Of a stretch of DNA of 64,000 nucleotides, positions 29,614 to 39,615 are shown in pieces (position 1 is the stretch's first letter; each line of letters starts with the position of its first letter). A program made the position numbers and the translations under genes. The stretch spans positions 2,048,001 through 2,112,000 of the forward strand of contig JASGJH010000001.1 of the NCBI GenBank assembly GCA_047601445.1, given 5' to 3'. Below the pieces are notes generated by a model. The model ran no database searches. It saw only the letters and a list, made by a program, of their open reading frames with translations, and was not told the origin of the DNA. The DNA comes from Myxococcales bacterium (GTDB lineage Bacteria > Myxococcota_A > Polyangia > Polyangiales > DASUME01).

Positions 29614-31188
29614 TCAGAGCAAGTCGATCATCTTCTTGACGGGCGAACCACTACGCATGATCAGGCGCATGATTCGGCTCATTGTCCCGTAGGTGGCGCG
29701 GCGGTACGGGAACCAAACTGGCTCCCGCTTGATGGGCGGCACGCGGTTGTAGTTCACGTGTCGGGTCTCGCACATCTCGCGCAAGCCCTCGTCGCCGTGC
29801 ACGCGCCCATGGCCGCTATCTTTGAGCCCGCCGAACGGCGCTTCCGGGGTTGCATAGGCAGTGAAGACATCGTTGACCATCACCGTGCCGGCGACGACGC
29901 GCTCAGCCAGGGCTCGGCCGCGCCCCTTGTCGCGCGTGAACACGTAGCCCATGAGGCCCAGGTTCGAGTCGTTCGCGTGCATGATGGCCTCGTCATCACT
30001 GGCCACCGACATGATCGGCACGATGGGCCCAAAGATCTCGTCGCGCATCACGCGCATGTCGTGGGAGCAGCCCGTGAGGATGGTGGGCTCGAAGAAGTGT
30101 CCCTTGCCAGGCCTGCGCTTGCCGCCGGTGCGCACGTGGGCCCCCTTGCTGACGGCGTCCCGCAACAACGCCTCGAGCGTCTCAATTTGGCGCGGGTAGA
30201 TCATGGCGCCGACGTCGACGTTGCCTGACTTGGGGTCACCTTGACGCAAGTCGCGCGTCAGCCTGATGACACGCTCGACCAAGGCATCGTGAATGGCGGC
30301 ATGAGCATACACCCGCTCCACGCTGATGCAGACCTGACCGCTGTTGGCGAAGCCCGCCCATACGATGGCGCGCGCTGCGCGCTCGAGGTCCGCGTCGTCG
30401 CATACGATGAGGGCAGCCTTGCCCCCCAACTCGAGCGTGCATGGGATGAGTCGTTCGCCGCAGGCCGCAGCGACTCGGCGTCCCGTGGCAACGGCGCCGG
30501 TGAACATGATCTTGTCGGGATGGGCGTCGATCAGTGCGGCGCCCGTGGAGCCGTCGCCGGTGATGACCTGGAACAGGTCCTTCGGCAGACCACTGGCGTC
30601 GAAGATCTCCTTGAACTTGAGGGCTACGAGGGGCGTCACCTCGCTCGGCTTGAGCACGGCGGCGTTGCCCGCGATGAGCGCGGTGATGGCGTCGCCGATG
30701 GGGATGACCAGCGGGAAGTTCCAGGGCGCAATGATGCCCACCACGCCGCGCGGCGCGTAGTGTACGTAGCTGCGGCGGTGCTTGAACAGGTGGAGGTCGA
30801 TCTCTCGGGGCGCGAGGATCTTGGTGGCTCGCTTGCCGTAGTAGGTGGCCAAATCGGCGATGACCATGACCTCCTGCACCAGCGCTTCGAGGCGAGGCTT
30901 GCCGCACTCCGCGCTGAGCAGCTCGACCAAATCGTCGGCGCGGTCCACCACGGCATCACGCAGAGCCAGGATGCGCTCGCAGCGCTCCTCGAGCGACACG
31001 TCGGCCCACACGGCCTGGGCCGCTCGCGCGCGGGCCAGTACCTCGCGGACGCGGTCACTCGAGTAAATCGGGACTTCGCCGAGCACCTCGCCGGTCGCAG
31101 GTGCGTAGCTGACGATACGACGGGAACTGCCACTGTCTGAAGCGGAGATACTGTCGATGCGCGGCTCGATACCTGAGTGCCAGACCAT
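29614..31188 (-). CDS. Aldehyde dehydrogenase family protein
   Basis: PWNFP, LKPSE, LELGGK, NSGQVC and EIFGP motifs. Start uncertain (31188 or 31227). Confidence 0.93.
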   Translation of the reverse strand: MVWHSGIEPRIDSISASDSGSSRRIVSYAPATGEVLGEVPIYSSDRVREVLARARAAQAVWADVSLEERCERILALRDAVVDRADDLVELLSAECGKPRLEALVQEVMVIADLATYYGKRATKILAPREIDLHLFKHRRSYVHYAPRGVVGIIAPWNFPLVIPIGDAITALIAGNAAVLKPSEVTPLVALKFKEIFDASGLPKDLFQVITGDGSTGAALIDAHPDKIMFTGAVATGRRVAAACGERLIPCTLELGGKAALIVCDDADLERAARAIVWAGFANSGQVCISVERVYAHAAIHDALVERVIRLTRDLRQGDPKSGNVDVGAMIYPRQIETLEALLRDAVSKGAHVRTGGKRRPGKGHFFEPTILTGCSHDMRVMRDEIFGPIVPIMSVASDDEAIMHANDSNLGLMGYVFTRDKGRGRALAERVVAGTVMVNDVFTAYATPEAPFGGLKDSGHGRVHGDEGLREMCETRHVNYNRVPPIKREPVWFPYRRATYGTMSRIMRLIMRSGSPVKKMIDLL

Positions 31189-31385
31189 TGCCCACCCTTT
31201 CGCTCGAGAGGTTTCCTCAGGTTCCAACGAACACCCGAAGGAAAGAAAGCGAAAGTAGCAGGGCTCGGGCAGCGTCGCGAGCTTCGAAAGGCGTCAGGAC
31301 GAGCGAGCAGCGCCCCCCACTCCACTTTCAACGCTCTGCGTCAGACCCGTATCGTCGCAGAAATCGGCCGCGCCCGTGCGCCAGC

Positions 31386-31979
31386 TCAGTCGTCGACGTA
31401 GTCGCGCAGCGTGTCGACTTCGTCGAGCCCCTGCAGACGGGCCAGCCCCTGCGTCTCCACCTGCCGCACGCGCTCGCGCGTCAGATTCATGATCTCGCCC
31501 ACTTCTTCGAGCGTGATGCCGCCGCGGTCGGCGATATCGAGGGCGCAGGTGTCAGTCATCTCCCAAACCTCGAGGTCCGGGAAGTTGATCTTGATGGAGC
31601 CGCGCACCGGGTGGACGTCGATGTAGAGATGGTAGCGGCACGAGACGAACGGACAGGGCCGCTCCATGTCCGCGCACTCGCCGCGGTTCTGCGGACGCCA
31701 GTACTCCTCTTCGGGGTACATCATGCGTCCCAGGTTGAGCTCAGTCTTGCTCAGCCGACGGATGGAGATGGTACGCGCGCGAGCCCGAGCGCGACGACGA
31801 CGGCGTCCCCGCTCGTCACTCTCGTCGCCCTCGAAGTCATCCTCTACCTCGCGCAACGCCAGCGCCAAGGACCCCTCGGTCGCCGCCGTTGCTTCGGCCA
31901 CGTCCAAGTCTTCCTCGCGCACGGATCCGCGTACGTCGCCCCCCCAGGTGCCGCCGCCGATTACCCCCTGCTCAGCCAT
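31386..31979 (-). CDS. Sigma70 region-4-like HTH DNA-binding protein with Cys/His cluster
   Basis: C-terminal [21 protein letters not shown]. Upstream C-x6-C-x4-C-x2-H...C. No sigma region 2. Confidence 0.8.
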   Translation of the reverse strand: MAEQGVIGGGTWGGDVRGSVREEDLDVAEATAATEGSLALALREVEDDFEGDESDERGRRRRRARARARTISIRRLSKTELNLGRMMYPEEEYWRPQNRGECADMERPCPFVSCRYHLYIDVHPVRGSIKINFPDLEVWEMTDTCALDIADRGGITLEEVGEIMNLTRERVRQVETQGLARLQGLDEVDTLRDYVDD

Positions 31980-32041
31980 CGTATCCTCCCACTTCCTTCG
32001 TTCTTCGATGCCCCGAAGTCCCGAACAGAATTCCTCGCTGC

Positions 32042-32542
32042 TCAAACCGCAGCCCGTTCCAACCGCGCCTGCACGTTCATGCGGCGCTCGATGTCGCGAA
32101 GTTTCTCGACCAGCAGCGCGGAGAGCCTGCGGGCCTCCTCCACTTCGCGCCGAATCAGCGCATCTGCCGTCTCTGGTGCGCGCTCAAGTTGGGACAGCAT
32201 CCGATCGACTTCGCGACCGAGCGCATCGATGTCCCCACGTACGAACAAAAAGCGCGTCTGAATCTCTTCGATGGTGAAGCCCTGCCCCATCAGGCGGCGG
32301 ATCAGCTGCACCTGGCGAACGGTGCTCGCCGGGTAGAGTCCCTGCGACCCGCGGTGCTTGCCCTTCTTGCCCACGCGCACACTGCGCGGCAGCAGACCGA
32401 GCTGGACGTACTTGCGGAACGTGGCCTCGGTGAGCTTTTCCCCGCTCGCGGCGCACGCGTCGACAATCTGCTGCACGCTCATCCCTTCCGGATGCGTGAG
32501 CTCGATTTCCTCGTGCTTTCCGTCGTCTGCGAGCTGTCTCAA
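32042..32542 (-). CDS. MerR-like transcriptional regulator
   Basis: [13 protein letters not shown]...GLY...[14 protein letters not shown] winged-HTH. Confidence 0.8.
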   Translation of the reverse strand: MRQLADDGKHEEIELTHPEGMSVQQIVDACAASGEKLTEATFRKYVQLGLLPRSVRVGKKGKHRGSQGLYPASTVRQVQLIRRLMGQGFTIEEIQTRFLFVRGDIDALGREVDRMLSQLERAPETADALIRREVEEARRLSALLVEKLRDIERRMNVQARLERAAV

Positions 32543-32902
32543 GGGTCCCCACCCGGCTGAGTTCGCTTGAATATATTCGTTTCAGTGGCGGCTCTGTTGA
32601 AGAAACCGCTGCGTATCTGTGCGCCCAAGCTATTCCACTGAATAGAGCATGGTCAACGATTTTTTTTTGGTAGATCTCGCTCGAGACGCTTTTCGATCAC
32701 GATCGATCGATCACGCTCGTAGCCGCACAGTTGCCTATTCAGGCATGTTTGGCAAGCGTATATGTAGGACAAAGTGATCCTAGAACTGGATCGTATCAAC
32801 AGAAGCACGATCGCCGTGTAGGGCTCAAGGCGCCAGGTCCTGGCTTGGGGCGTTTTTCAGACGCGCCGGGCGGGCTCGGGCATAGTTGGCGGCAGACGAG
32901 GC

Positions 32903-33751
32903 ATGGGAGATCCGCGGGCGATCCGGCGTTTCAGGCAAAACCCAGGCGCCCGGGTCGGCGCTGTCCTGGTCGGCTTCATCGGGCTCTGGGCCCTGCTCGG
33001 GCCGCTGCTCGCGCCGCACGCGCCGGAACAGCAGTTTCGCGAGGGCATCGGCGCCTACGGCTTGCCGCAGGCCCCCAGCAAGGCCTTCTGGCTCGGCACC
33101 GACCTGCTCGGGCGCGACGAACTCTCACGCCTCCTTCATGGCGGCACCATCTCGCTACAGGTCGCCCTGTTCGCGACCCTGCTGGCGGTGGGCATCGGGC
33201 TCGTGATCGGTGTGACGAGCGGCTACTTTGGCGGGCGGCTCGACGACCTGTGCATGCGTGTCGTGGACGTCTTGCTGTCGGTGCCCTTTCTATTGATCGC
33301 GATCGCCATCCAGCGCTCCCTGGGCAACCCGGGGCTGGGCAGCCTGTGCGTGCTGTTGGGCGCCCTCTCCTGGCCCTCGCTGGCCCGTGTCATGCGCGCC
33401 AAGGTGATGGAGCTCAAGTCCCGCGACTTCGTGCAAGCCGCCCGGGCGCTCGGCGCGAGCACGCCGCACGTGCTGTGGCGGCACGTGGTTCCCAATGTAA
33501 TGGGCCCGCTGATCGTGCTGGGAACGACCCTCGTGGCCGAGATGATCATCGCCGAATCGGCGATGAGTTTCCTGGGGCTCGGCGTGCAACCTCCCGGGGC
33601 CAGTTGGGGCACCATGCTCCACGACGGGCGCGACATGCTGGTGCACGCGCCTCACCTCCTGCTCGCGCCGGGAGCGCTGATCGCGGCCGCGGTGTTCGGG
33701 TTCAACCTGCTGGGCGAGGGCTTGCGCGATGCGCTCGATCCCAAGAGCTAG
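32903..33751 (+). CDS. Peptide ABC transporter permease (OppC/DppC type)
   Basis: WLGTDLLGRD, EAA loop FVQAARALGA, FNLLGEGLRDALDP. Confidence 0.92.
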   Translation: MGDPRAIRRFRQNPGARVGAVLVGFIGLWALLGPLLAPHAPEQQFREGIGAYGLPQAPSKAFWLGTDLLGRDELSRLLHGGTISLQVALFATLLAVGIGLVIGVTSGYFGGRLDDLCMRVVDVLLSVPFLLIAIAIQRSLGNPGLGSLCVLLGALSWPSLARVMRAKVMELKSRDFVQAARALGASTPHVLWRHVVPNVMGPLIVLGTTLVAEMIIAESAMSFLGLGVQPPGASWGTMLHDGRDMLVHAPHLLLAPGALIAAAVFGFNLLGEGLRDALDPKS

Positions 33752-35450
33752 CTGGAGTTGGTTGCTGCTTTCGTGGGTCCTTGCAGCCTGTCCCGGGCTG
33801 CCGGACGGCCCGCGCTACGAGGGCGCAGGCAAGCCGGGGCCGCGGCGCGGGGGCACCTTGATGCTGTCCGAGCAGCAGCGAGTCCGCAGCCTGGATCCGC
33901 ACCTGGTCCACGACGTGATCTCGGGCGCCGTGATCGAGATGTTGTTCGACGGCCTGTATGAGTTCGACGCCCAGATGAAGCTCTCCCCGGACATCGCGGC
34001 GGAGCTGCCCGTGTACGCGAACGACGGCAAGGTGCTGCGCATCCGTTTGCGCCAGGGCGTACGTTTCCAAAACGGACGCGAGATCACCGCCGAGGACGTG
34101 GTGTGGTCCCTCGAGCGCATGCTTCATCCTCGAACGCACTCGCCCGGAGCCCTGTTCTATCGATTGATCGTGGGCTTCGAGGAGTACCGGGCCGGCAAGG
34201 CTTCGCACGTCGAAGGACTACGCGTACTCGAGCGCTACCAGTTCGAGATTCGGCTCTCGGAGGCGGACCAGACTTTCGCCCCTTTGTTGGCCATGCGCTT
34301 CGCCACCCCGGTACCGCGCGAGGAGGTGCTGAGCCGCGGCGCGGAGTTCGCGCGGCGTCCGGTGGGCAGCGGACCGTTTCGGCTTGCGAGCTGGGACCCG
34401 GGCGTGCGCTTGGTGCTGGAGCGAAACCCGCGGTACGGCGCGGGCTTGCCCCACGTGGACCGCGTGGTGGTCGAAGAAGCCATCGCGCTTGAGACGGCGT
34501 TCTTGCGCTTTCGCAACGCCGAAGTGGACGTGATGACGCGCGTCACGCCGGCCGACCGCGCGGTGCTCCAGGGCTCGCGCAAATGGCGCCCCTACTTCGA
34601 GGCATCGCCGAGCGTGGACATCTGGGGCCTGGTGATGAACTGCGAGCTGCCCCCCTTCGACAACGTGCACGTACGGCGCGCCGTGGCCTCTGCCATCGAC
34701 CGGGAACGCTGGGTCAAGGTGCGTAGCGGCAATCTGCGGGCTGCCGGTCAGATGGTGCCGCCACAGCTCATCGGATACGACCCAAAGCTGCCGCACCTTC
34801 AAGTTCTGGATTTGGCGAATGCCCATCGCGAAATGGCTTTGGCCGGGTTTCCCAACGGCTGGCCCGAGCCGGTGACCCTGTGGATCCCGGAAAGCGCCAC
34901 GGCGCGCATTTACGCCGAACTGGCCCAGGCCGACCTCGCTGCCATCGGCATCCGGGCGGAGATCAAAGGCACGACGTTTCCCGTGTTCCTCGAGTCCCAG
35001 GGCACGCCCAAGACCGTGCAGCTGTCGCTCTCGGGCTGGCAGATGGACTATCCTGATCCCTCGAACTTTCTGGGGCTCTTGCACTCGAAGTCACGCGGCG
35101 AGCGCTCGTCCATCAACCGCGCGTTCTACTCGAGCCCCACCCTCGATGGGTTGCTCGACCGAGCGCGCGTGGAGCCCGATCCGACGCAACGTGCACGGCT
35201 CTACCGAGACGCCAACGATCTGGTGGCGCACGACGCACCGTGGGCGTTCTTCGGCAACAACCTGGTGCCTCAAGCCTGGCAACCCTACGTGAAGAACTAT
35301 CGACCGCACGCGGTGTACTGGATGCCCGTGAACGAAGTGTGGCTGGATTTGCCGAAGCGCAAGCTGGAGCAGCTCGCCCAAGCGCTGTCGCCCCTACCCG
35401 GCGCCCGCGTGGAGATGCAGCGCGCCTTCGCGATTCGGGGACGACCATGA
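33729..35450 (+). CDS. Peptide ABC transporter substrate-binding lipoprotein (family 5)
   Basis: Lipobox LAAC; SLDP, LRQGVRFQNG, PVGSGPF and VRRAVASAIDR motifs. Confidence 0.92.
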   Translation: MRSIPRASWSWLLLSWVLAACPGLPDGPRYEGAGKPGPRRGGTLMLSEQQRVRSLDPHLVHDVISGAVIEMLFDGLYEFDAQMKLSPDIAAELPVYANDGKVLRIRLRQGVRFQNGREITAEDVVWSLERMLHPRTHSPGALFYRLIVGFEEYRAGKASHVEGLRVLERYQFEIRLSEADQTFAPLLAMRFATPVPREEVLSRGAEFARRPVGSGPFRLASWDPGVRLVLERNPRYGAGLPHVDRVVVEEAIALETAFLRFRNAEVDVMTRVTPADRAVLQGSRKWRPYFEASPSVDIWGLVMNCELPPFDNVHVRRAVASAIDRERWVKVRSGNLRAAGQMVPPQLIGYDPKLPHLQVLDLANAHREMALAGFPNGWPEPVTLWIPESATARIYAELAQADLAAIGIRAEIKGTTFPVFLESQGTPKTVQLSLSGWQMDYPDPSNFLGLLHSKSRGERSSINRAFYSSPTLDGLLDRARVEPDPTQRARLYRDANDLVAHDAPWAFFGNNLVPQAWQPYVKNYRPHAVYWMPVNEVWLDLPKRKLEQLAQALSPLPGARVEMQRAFAIRGRP

Positions 35451-36382
35451 CCAAGCACTTGTTGCAGCGACTGCTATGGGCCGTGTTCGTATTGTGGGTG
35501 GTGATGAGCGGCGTGTTCCTGCTCGTGAACGTGCTGGGAGATCCCGCCGTGGCCACCCTGGGGCCGAACGCGGGGCCCGCACAGCTCACGGACTTTCGCG
35601 AACAACACGGGCTGACGCGGCCGCTTCCGCAGCGCTACCTGGAGTACATGACGAGCCTGCTGCGCTTGGATCTGGGACGCTCGTTTCAAGACGATCGGGA
35701 GGTGCTGGATCTGATCGCGACTCGTCTGCCGCGCACCATGCTGCTGGGGGGCCTCACGCTGCTGTTGGAGCTGGCGATTGGCCTCGGGCTCGGGACACTG
35801 GCGGCCGTGCGTCGCAATAGCTGGCTCGATAGCGGGATCATGGGCTTGACCTTCCTCGGCGTGAGCACGCCCACCTTCGTGTCGGGGCTGCTGTTCTTGA
35901 GCTACTTCGCCGTGCGACTCGGGTGGTTTCCGGTGGGGGGTTACGGGGCCGGTACCTGGGACCACCTGAGGCACGCGTGCTTGCCTGCCCTCACCTTGGC
36001 CCTGGCGGGAGCGTCCACCTATGCACGCCTGATGCGCAGCGAGCTCATCGAGGTCCTCGGCAGCGACTTCGTACGAACCGCGCGCGCCAAGGGGCTGTCG
36101 TATCCGCGGGTGGTGCTGGTGCACGGGGTTCGCAACGCACTGTTGCCGGTCATCACCATGCTCGGACTCTCCCTGCGCATCCTGGTCTCGGGAGCCATCA
36201 TCACCGAAGCCGTGTTCGGCTGGCCCGGCATGGGCCTGCTGGCGGTGCAGGCCATCAGCGGTCTCGACCTGCCGGTGGTGCTCGGAATCGTGTTCGTCAC
36301 CTGTGGCTTTGTGCAGCTTGGGAATGTGCTGGCCGATGGATGCGTGGCAATCTTGGATCCACGCGTGCGCGCGGCGGACTAG
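35447..36382 (+). CDS. Peptide ABC transporter permease (OppB/DppB type)
   Basis: ATG at 35447 overlaps the upstream stop; [32 protein letters not shown]. Confidence 0.92.
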   Translation: MTKHLLQRLLWAVFVLWVVMSGVFLLVNVLGDPAVATLGPNAGPAQLTDFREQHGLTRPLPQRYLEYMTSLLRLDLGRSFQDDREVLDLIATRLPRTMLLGGLTLLLELAIGLGLGTLAAVRRNSWLDSGIMGLTFLGVSTPTFVSGLLFLSYFAVRLGWFPVGGYGAGTWDHLRHACLPALTLALAGASTYARLMRSELIEVLGSDFVRTARAKGLSYPRVVLVHGVRNALLPVITMLGLSLRILVSGAIITEAVFGWPGMGLLAVQAISGLDLPVVLGIVFVTCGFVQLGNVLADGCVAILDPRVRAAD

Positions 36383-36417
36383 CCCGCGCAGCGCGACGAA
36401 CAGGACGGCGGGAGCCC

Positions 36418-37710
36418 ATGCATCGCTACATCGAGAATTTGGCAGACGTTGTGGACCAGGAGGTCACGCTCAAGGGCTGGGTGCGCGGCATTCGCTCGAG
36501 CGGAAAGCTGCATTTCATCACCTTGCGCGACGGTTCGGGCGACGTGCAGTGCGTGGTCTTCAAGGGCGACGTCTCGCCCGAGGTGTTCGAGAAGGCTGGC
36601 ACGCTGAAGCAGGAGGCGGCGGTGGCCATCACCGGCCTCGTCAAGAAGCATCCGAAGCTGGCCGACGAGTTCGAAGTTGGCGTGAAGGACCTGGAGATCT
36701 ACGCCCTCCCAAGCGGGGACTTCCCCATCTCGCCCAAGGAGCACGGCACCGACTTCTTGATGGACCACCGCCACTTGTGGCTCCGCTCGCGCAGGCAGCA
36801 CGCCATCACGCGTATTCGCCACGAGATCATCTCCGCGGTGCGTGGTTTCTTCGATTCGAACGGGTTCACGCTGGTGGACGCGCCTATCTTCACGCCCAAC
36901 GCCTGCGAGGGCACGTCCACCTTGTTCGAGACGGACTACCACGGCGAGCCCGCCTATCTCACCCAGTCCGGGCAGCTCTACGGCGAGGCCGCCGCGGCGG
37001 CTTTCGGCAAGATCTACGTGTTCGGACCGACCTTTCGGGCCGAGAAGTCCAAGACGCGCCGGCACCTGGCGGAGTTCTGGATGGTGGAGCCCGAGGTGGC
37101 CTTCATGGACCTGGCGGGCGACATGGATCTGGCCGAGGACTTTCTCTCGCACATCGTGCAGAAGGTGCTGGCGAACCGGAAGAAGGAGCTCGCCATCCTC
37201 GAGCGCAACCTGGCGCCGCTCGAGCGCGTGAACAAGCCTTTCCCGCGCATTCGCTACAAAGAGGCCGCCGAGATCCTGCGAGCCAAGAACATCCCGTTCA
37301 ACTACGGCGACGACTTCGGCGCGCCCGAGGAGACCGCCATCAGCGAGAGCTTCGACCGGCCTGTGATCGTGACTCACTACCCGATCGACCTGAAGGCCTT
37401 CTACTTCAAGCGCGACCCGAGCGACCCGAGCGTGGCCCTCAACATGGACGTGCTAGCGCCCGAGGGCTACGGCGAGATCATCGGGGGCGGACAACGTGAG
37501 GACGACCTGGCGCGCCTCGAGAAGTCCATCGACGAGCACAAGCTGCCGCCCGAAGCGTTCAGCTGGTACCTCGACCTGCGCCGCTACGGGAGCTTCCCCC
37601 ACGCGGGCTTCGGCCTCGGCATCGAGCGCACGGTGGCCTGGGTGTGCGGCCTCGAGCATGTACGGGAGACCATCCCCTTCCCGCGCATGTTGAGCCGCCT
37701 GCGTCCGTGA
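36418..37710 (+). CDS. asnS: Asparagine-tRNA ligase
   Basis: OB-fold N-terminus; [35 protein letters not shown] and [11 protein letters not shown] motifs. Confidence 0.95.
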   Translation: MHRYIENLADVVDQEVTLKGWVRGIRSSGKLHFITLRDGSGDVQCVVFKGDVSPEVFEKAGTLKQEAAVAITGLVKKHPKLADEFEVGVKDLEIYALPSGDFPISPKEHGTDFLMDHRHLWLRSRRQHAITRIRHEIISAVRGFFDSNGFTLVDAPIFTPNACEGTSTLFETDYHGEPAYLTQSGQLYGEAAAAAFGKIYVFGPTFRAEKSKTRRHLAEFWMVEPEVAFMDLAGDMDLAEDFLSHIVQKVLANRKKELAILERNLAPLERVNKPFPRIRYKEAAEILRAKNIPFNYGDDFGAPEETAISESFDRPVIVTHYPIDLKAFYFKRDPSDPSVALNMDVLAPEGYGEIIGGGQREDDLARLEKSIDEHKLPPEAFSWYLDLRRYGSFPHAGFGLGIERTVAWVCGLEHVRETIPFPRMLSRLRP

Positions 37711-37719
37711 CCAGCCCGG

Positions 37720-38379
37720 CTAGGCGGCGCCGCCGCCCTTGATTCGCCTGTCCTTGGCCTCCACGGCCTCGAGGAACAGCTTCACGTATTCGCCAGCGCT
37801 GGTGACGGCGAAGAACAGGCTCAGGTAAAGCAGCCAGAGCCCCGCGGTGTTGAAGTCGACCCACTCCGTGAAGAACCAGAAATTGATTCGGTAACGGTGG
37901 TGCAGCATGAGGAACAGCACCGAGACCATCTGCAGAGCGGTCTTGGCCTTGCCACCCTCGCCCGCCGCGATGACCACGCCTTCACTGATGGCGATGGTGC
38001 GCAGCATGCTGATCGAGAGCTCACGCGCCAGGATTAACACGACCACCCAGGCGGGCACGCGGCCCATGCCCACCATCAGCACCAGCGTGGCCATCACGAG
38101 TAGCTTGTCGGCCAGTGGATCCAGGAACTTGCCCACCACACTCACCAGCCCGCGCTTGCGTGCCAGATAGCCATCGAGGGCGTCGGTGATGGTGGCCGCG
38201 GTGTAGGCCCAACCGGCCCAAAAGTTCATCACCGGTGTCCCGTCGTACAGGAGCGCCATCACCCCCGGAATCATCACGATGCGGAACATCGTGAGCAGGT
38301 TGGGAAGGTTGAAGGCGTCTTCCTTCAACCCCGAGACCTTCTGGGTGCGTGCTTCCCTGTCGAGACTGGCTTTCGTCAT
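37720..38379 (-). CDS. pgsA: CDP-diacylglycerol-glycerol-3-phosphate 3-phosphatidyltransferase
   Basis: NLPNLLTMFR; TDALDGYLAR...GKFLDPLADK CDP-alcohol phosphotransferase motif; GKAKT. Confidence 0.92.
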   Translation of the reverse strand: MTKASLDREARTQKVSGLKEDAFNLPNLLTMFRIVMIPGVMALLYDGTPVMNFWAGWAYTAATITDALDGYLARKRGLVSVVGKFLDPLADKLLVMATLVLMVGMGRVPAWVVVLILARELSISMLRTIAISEGVVIAAGEGGKAKTALQMVSVLFLMLHHRYRINFWFFTEWVDFNTAGLWLLYLSLFFAVTSAGEYVKLFLEAVEAKDRRIKGGGAA

Positions 38380-38634
38380 AGTTTTGCCTGCGCGCCCGCC
38401 CGAGCCTAGCCCACGGCCGAGACTCAGCCATGGCACGGCGAGGCGCGGGACACCAGGGGTGCGGGCCCCGATGAACGCTGATTCGTTGCGCCCCAGGCCG
38501 TACCGGGTCACAAACGCCCGGCACCGGCCGCCAGTTCTTTGACCCCCCCTGGGCCGCCAGTGATAACGGACAGACCAGGCGCACGCTGTTTTCCGGGGCC
38601 AGGCCCGGATCGGCGCCTGACATGGAGTGGCGGC

Positions 38635-39615
38635 GTGACGACCAAGCGAGTGGGCATCCTGATGGGCGGTGTGAGCTCGGAGCGCGAGGTCTCCTTGAGC
38701 ACGGGCGAAGCGATCTACAACGCGCTTCACGAGCGCGGCCACGACGTGGTGAAGGTGCTCGTAGACCGCGACATCGACAGCGCGCTACGCAGCACGCCGA
38801 TCGACGTGGCGTTCCTCGCGCTGCACGGGACGTACGGAGAGGACGGCTGCCTCCAGGGGCTGCTGGAGATGCGCGGCATTCCGTACACGGGCTCGAGCGT
38901 GATGGCGAGCGCGCTCGCAATGGACAAGTTCAAGTCCAAGCAGCTGTTCCGGCTCTACAACGTGCCGACCCCCCCCTACTACGTCGTGTCTGCCGACAAG
39001 CTCGGGCAGCTCGAAGAGATCCACGGCTCCTTCGGCTTTCCTGCGTTCGTCAAGCCACGCTGCCAGGGCTCGAGTGTCGGCGCCGGCAAGGCCACCGACT
39101 TTGCCGAGCTCAAGCGTCTGTGCGAGCAGGCGCTGATCTTCGACGAGTACGCGCTGGTGGAGCGCTTCGTGGCGGGCCGCGAGGTCTCGGTAGGCGTGCT
39201 GGATGGCAAGGCCCTGGGCGCCATCGAGATCGTGCCCAAGGGCGCGTTCTACGACTACAAGACCAAGTACACGGCGGGCAGCAGCGAATACCACTTCCCG
39301 GCGCGACTCTCGCCCACCCGTTACAAGAACGTGCTCAGCCTCGCCGAACGCGCCGCCGAGGCTCTCGACGTGCATGGAGCGGTCCGCGTGGACTTGCTGA
39401 TCACCGAGGGAGAGAACGAGTACGTGCTCGAGCTCAACACGCTGCCCGGCATGACGCCGACGTCGCTGCTACCCAAGATCGCCAAGGGCGCTGCCGGCAT
39501 GGACTTCGGGGTGCTGTGCGAGGAGATTCTCAAGCGAGCCCGCCTGCACCAGCGTCGTCCGGAGGACTCTCGGGCGGCCAGTCAGGCTGCGCAGAAGCAA
39601 GCGGCCGATCAGTGA
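38635..39615 (+). CDS. ddl: D-alanine-D-alanine ligase
   Basis: GGVSSEREVSL, LHGTYGEDG, GSSVG, YDYKTKY and ELNTLPGMT motifs. Confidence 0.95.
   Translation: MTTKRVGILMGGVSSEREVSLSTGEAIYNALHERGHDVVKVLVDRDIDSALRSTPIDVAFLALHGTYGEDGCLQGLLEMRGIPYTGSSVMASALAMDKFKSKQLFRLYNVPTPPYYVVSADKLGQLEEIHGSFGFPAFVKPRCQGSSVGAGKATDFAELKRLCEQALIFDEYALVERFVAGREVSVGVLDGKALGAIEIVPKGAFYDYKTKYTAGSSEYHFPARLSPTRYKNVLSLAERAAEALDVHGAVRVDLLITEGENEYVLELNTLPGMTPTSLLPKIAKGAAGMDFGVLCEEILKRARLHQRRPEDSRAASQAAQKQAADQ

Noticed and set aside
32560..32900. Replication origin (AT-rich, GATC cluster)
   Set aside because: No convincing DnaA boxes (TTATCCACA) and no dnaA/dnaN/gidA context.
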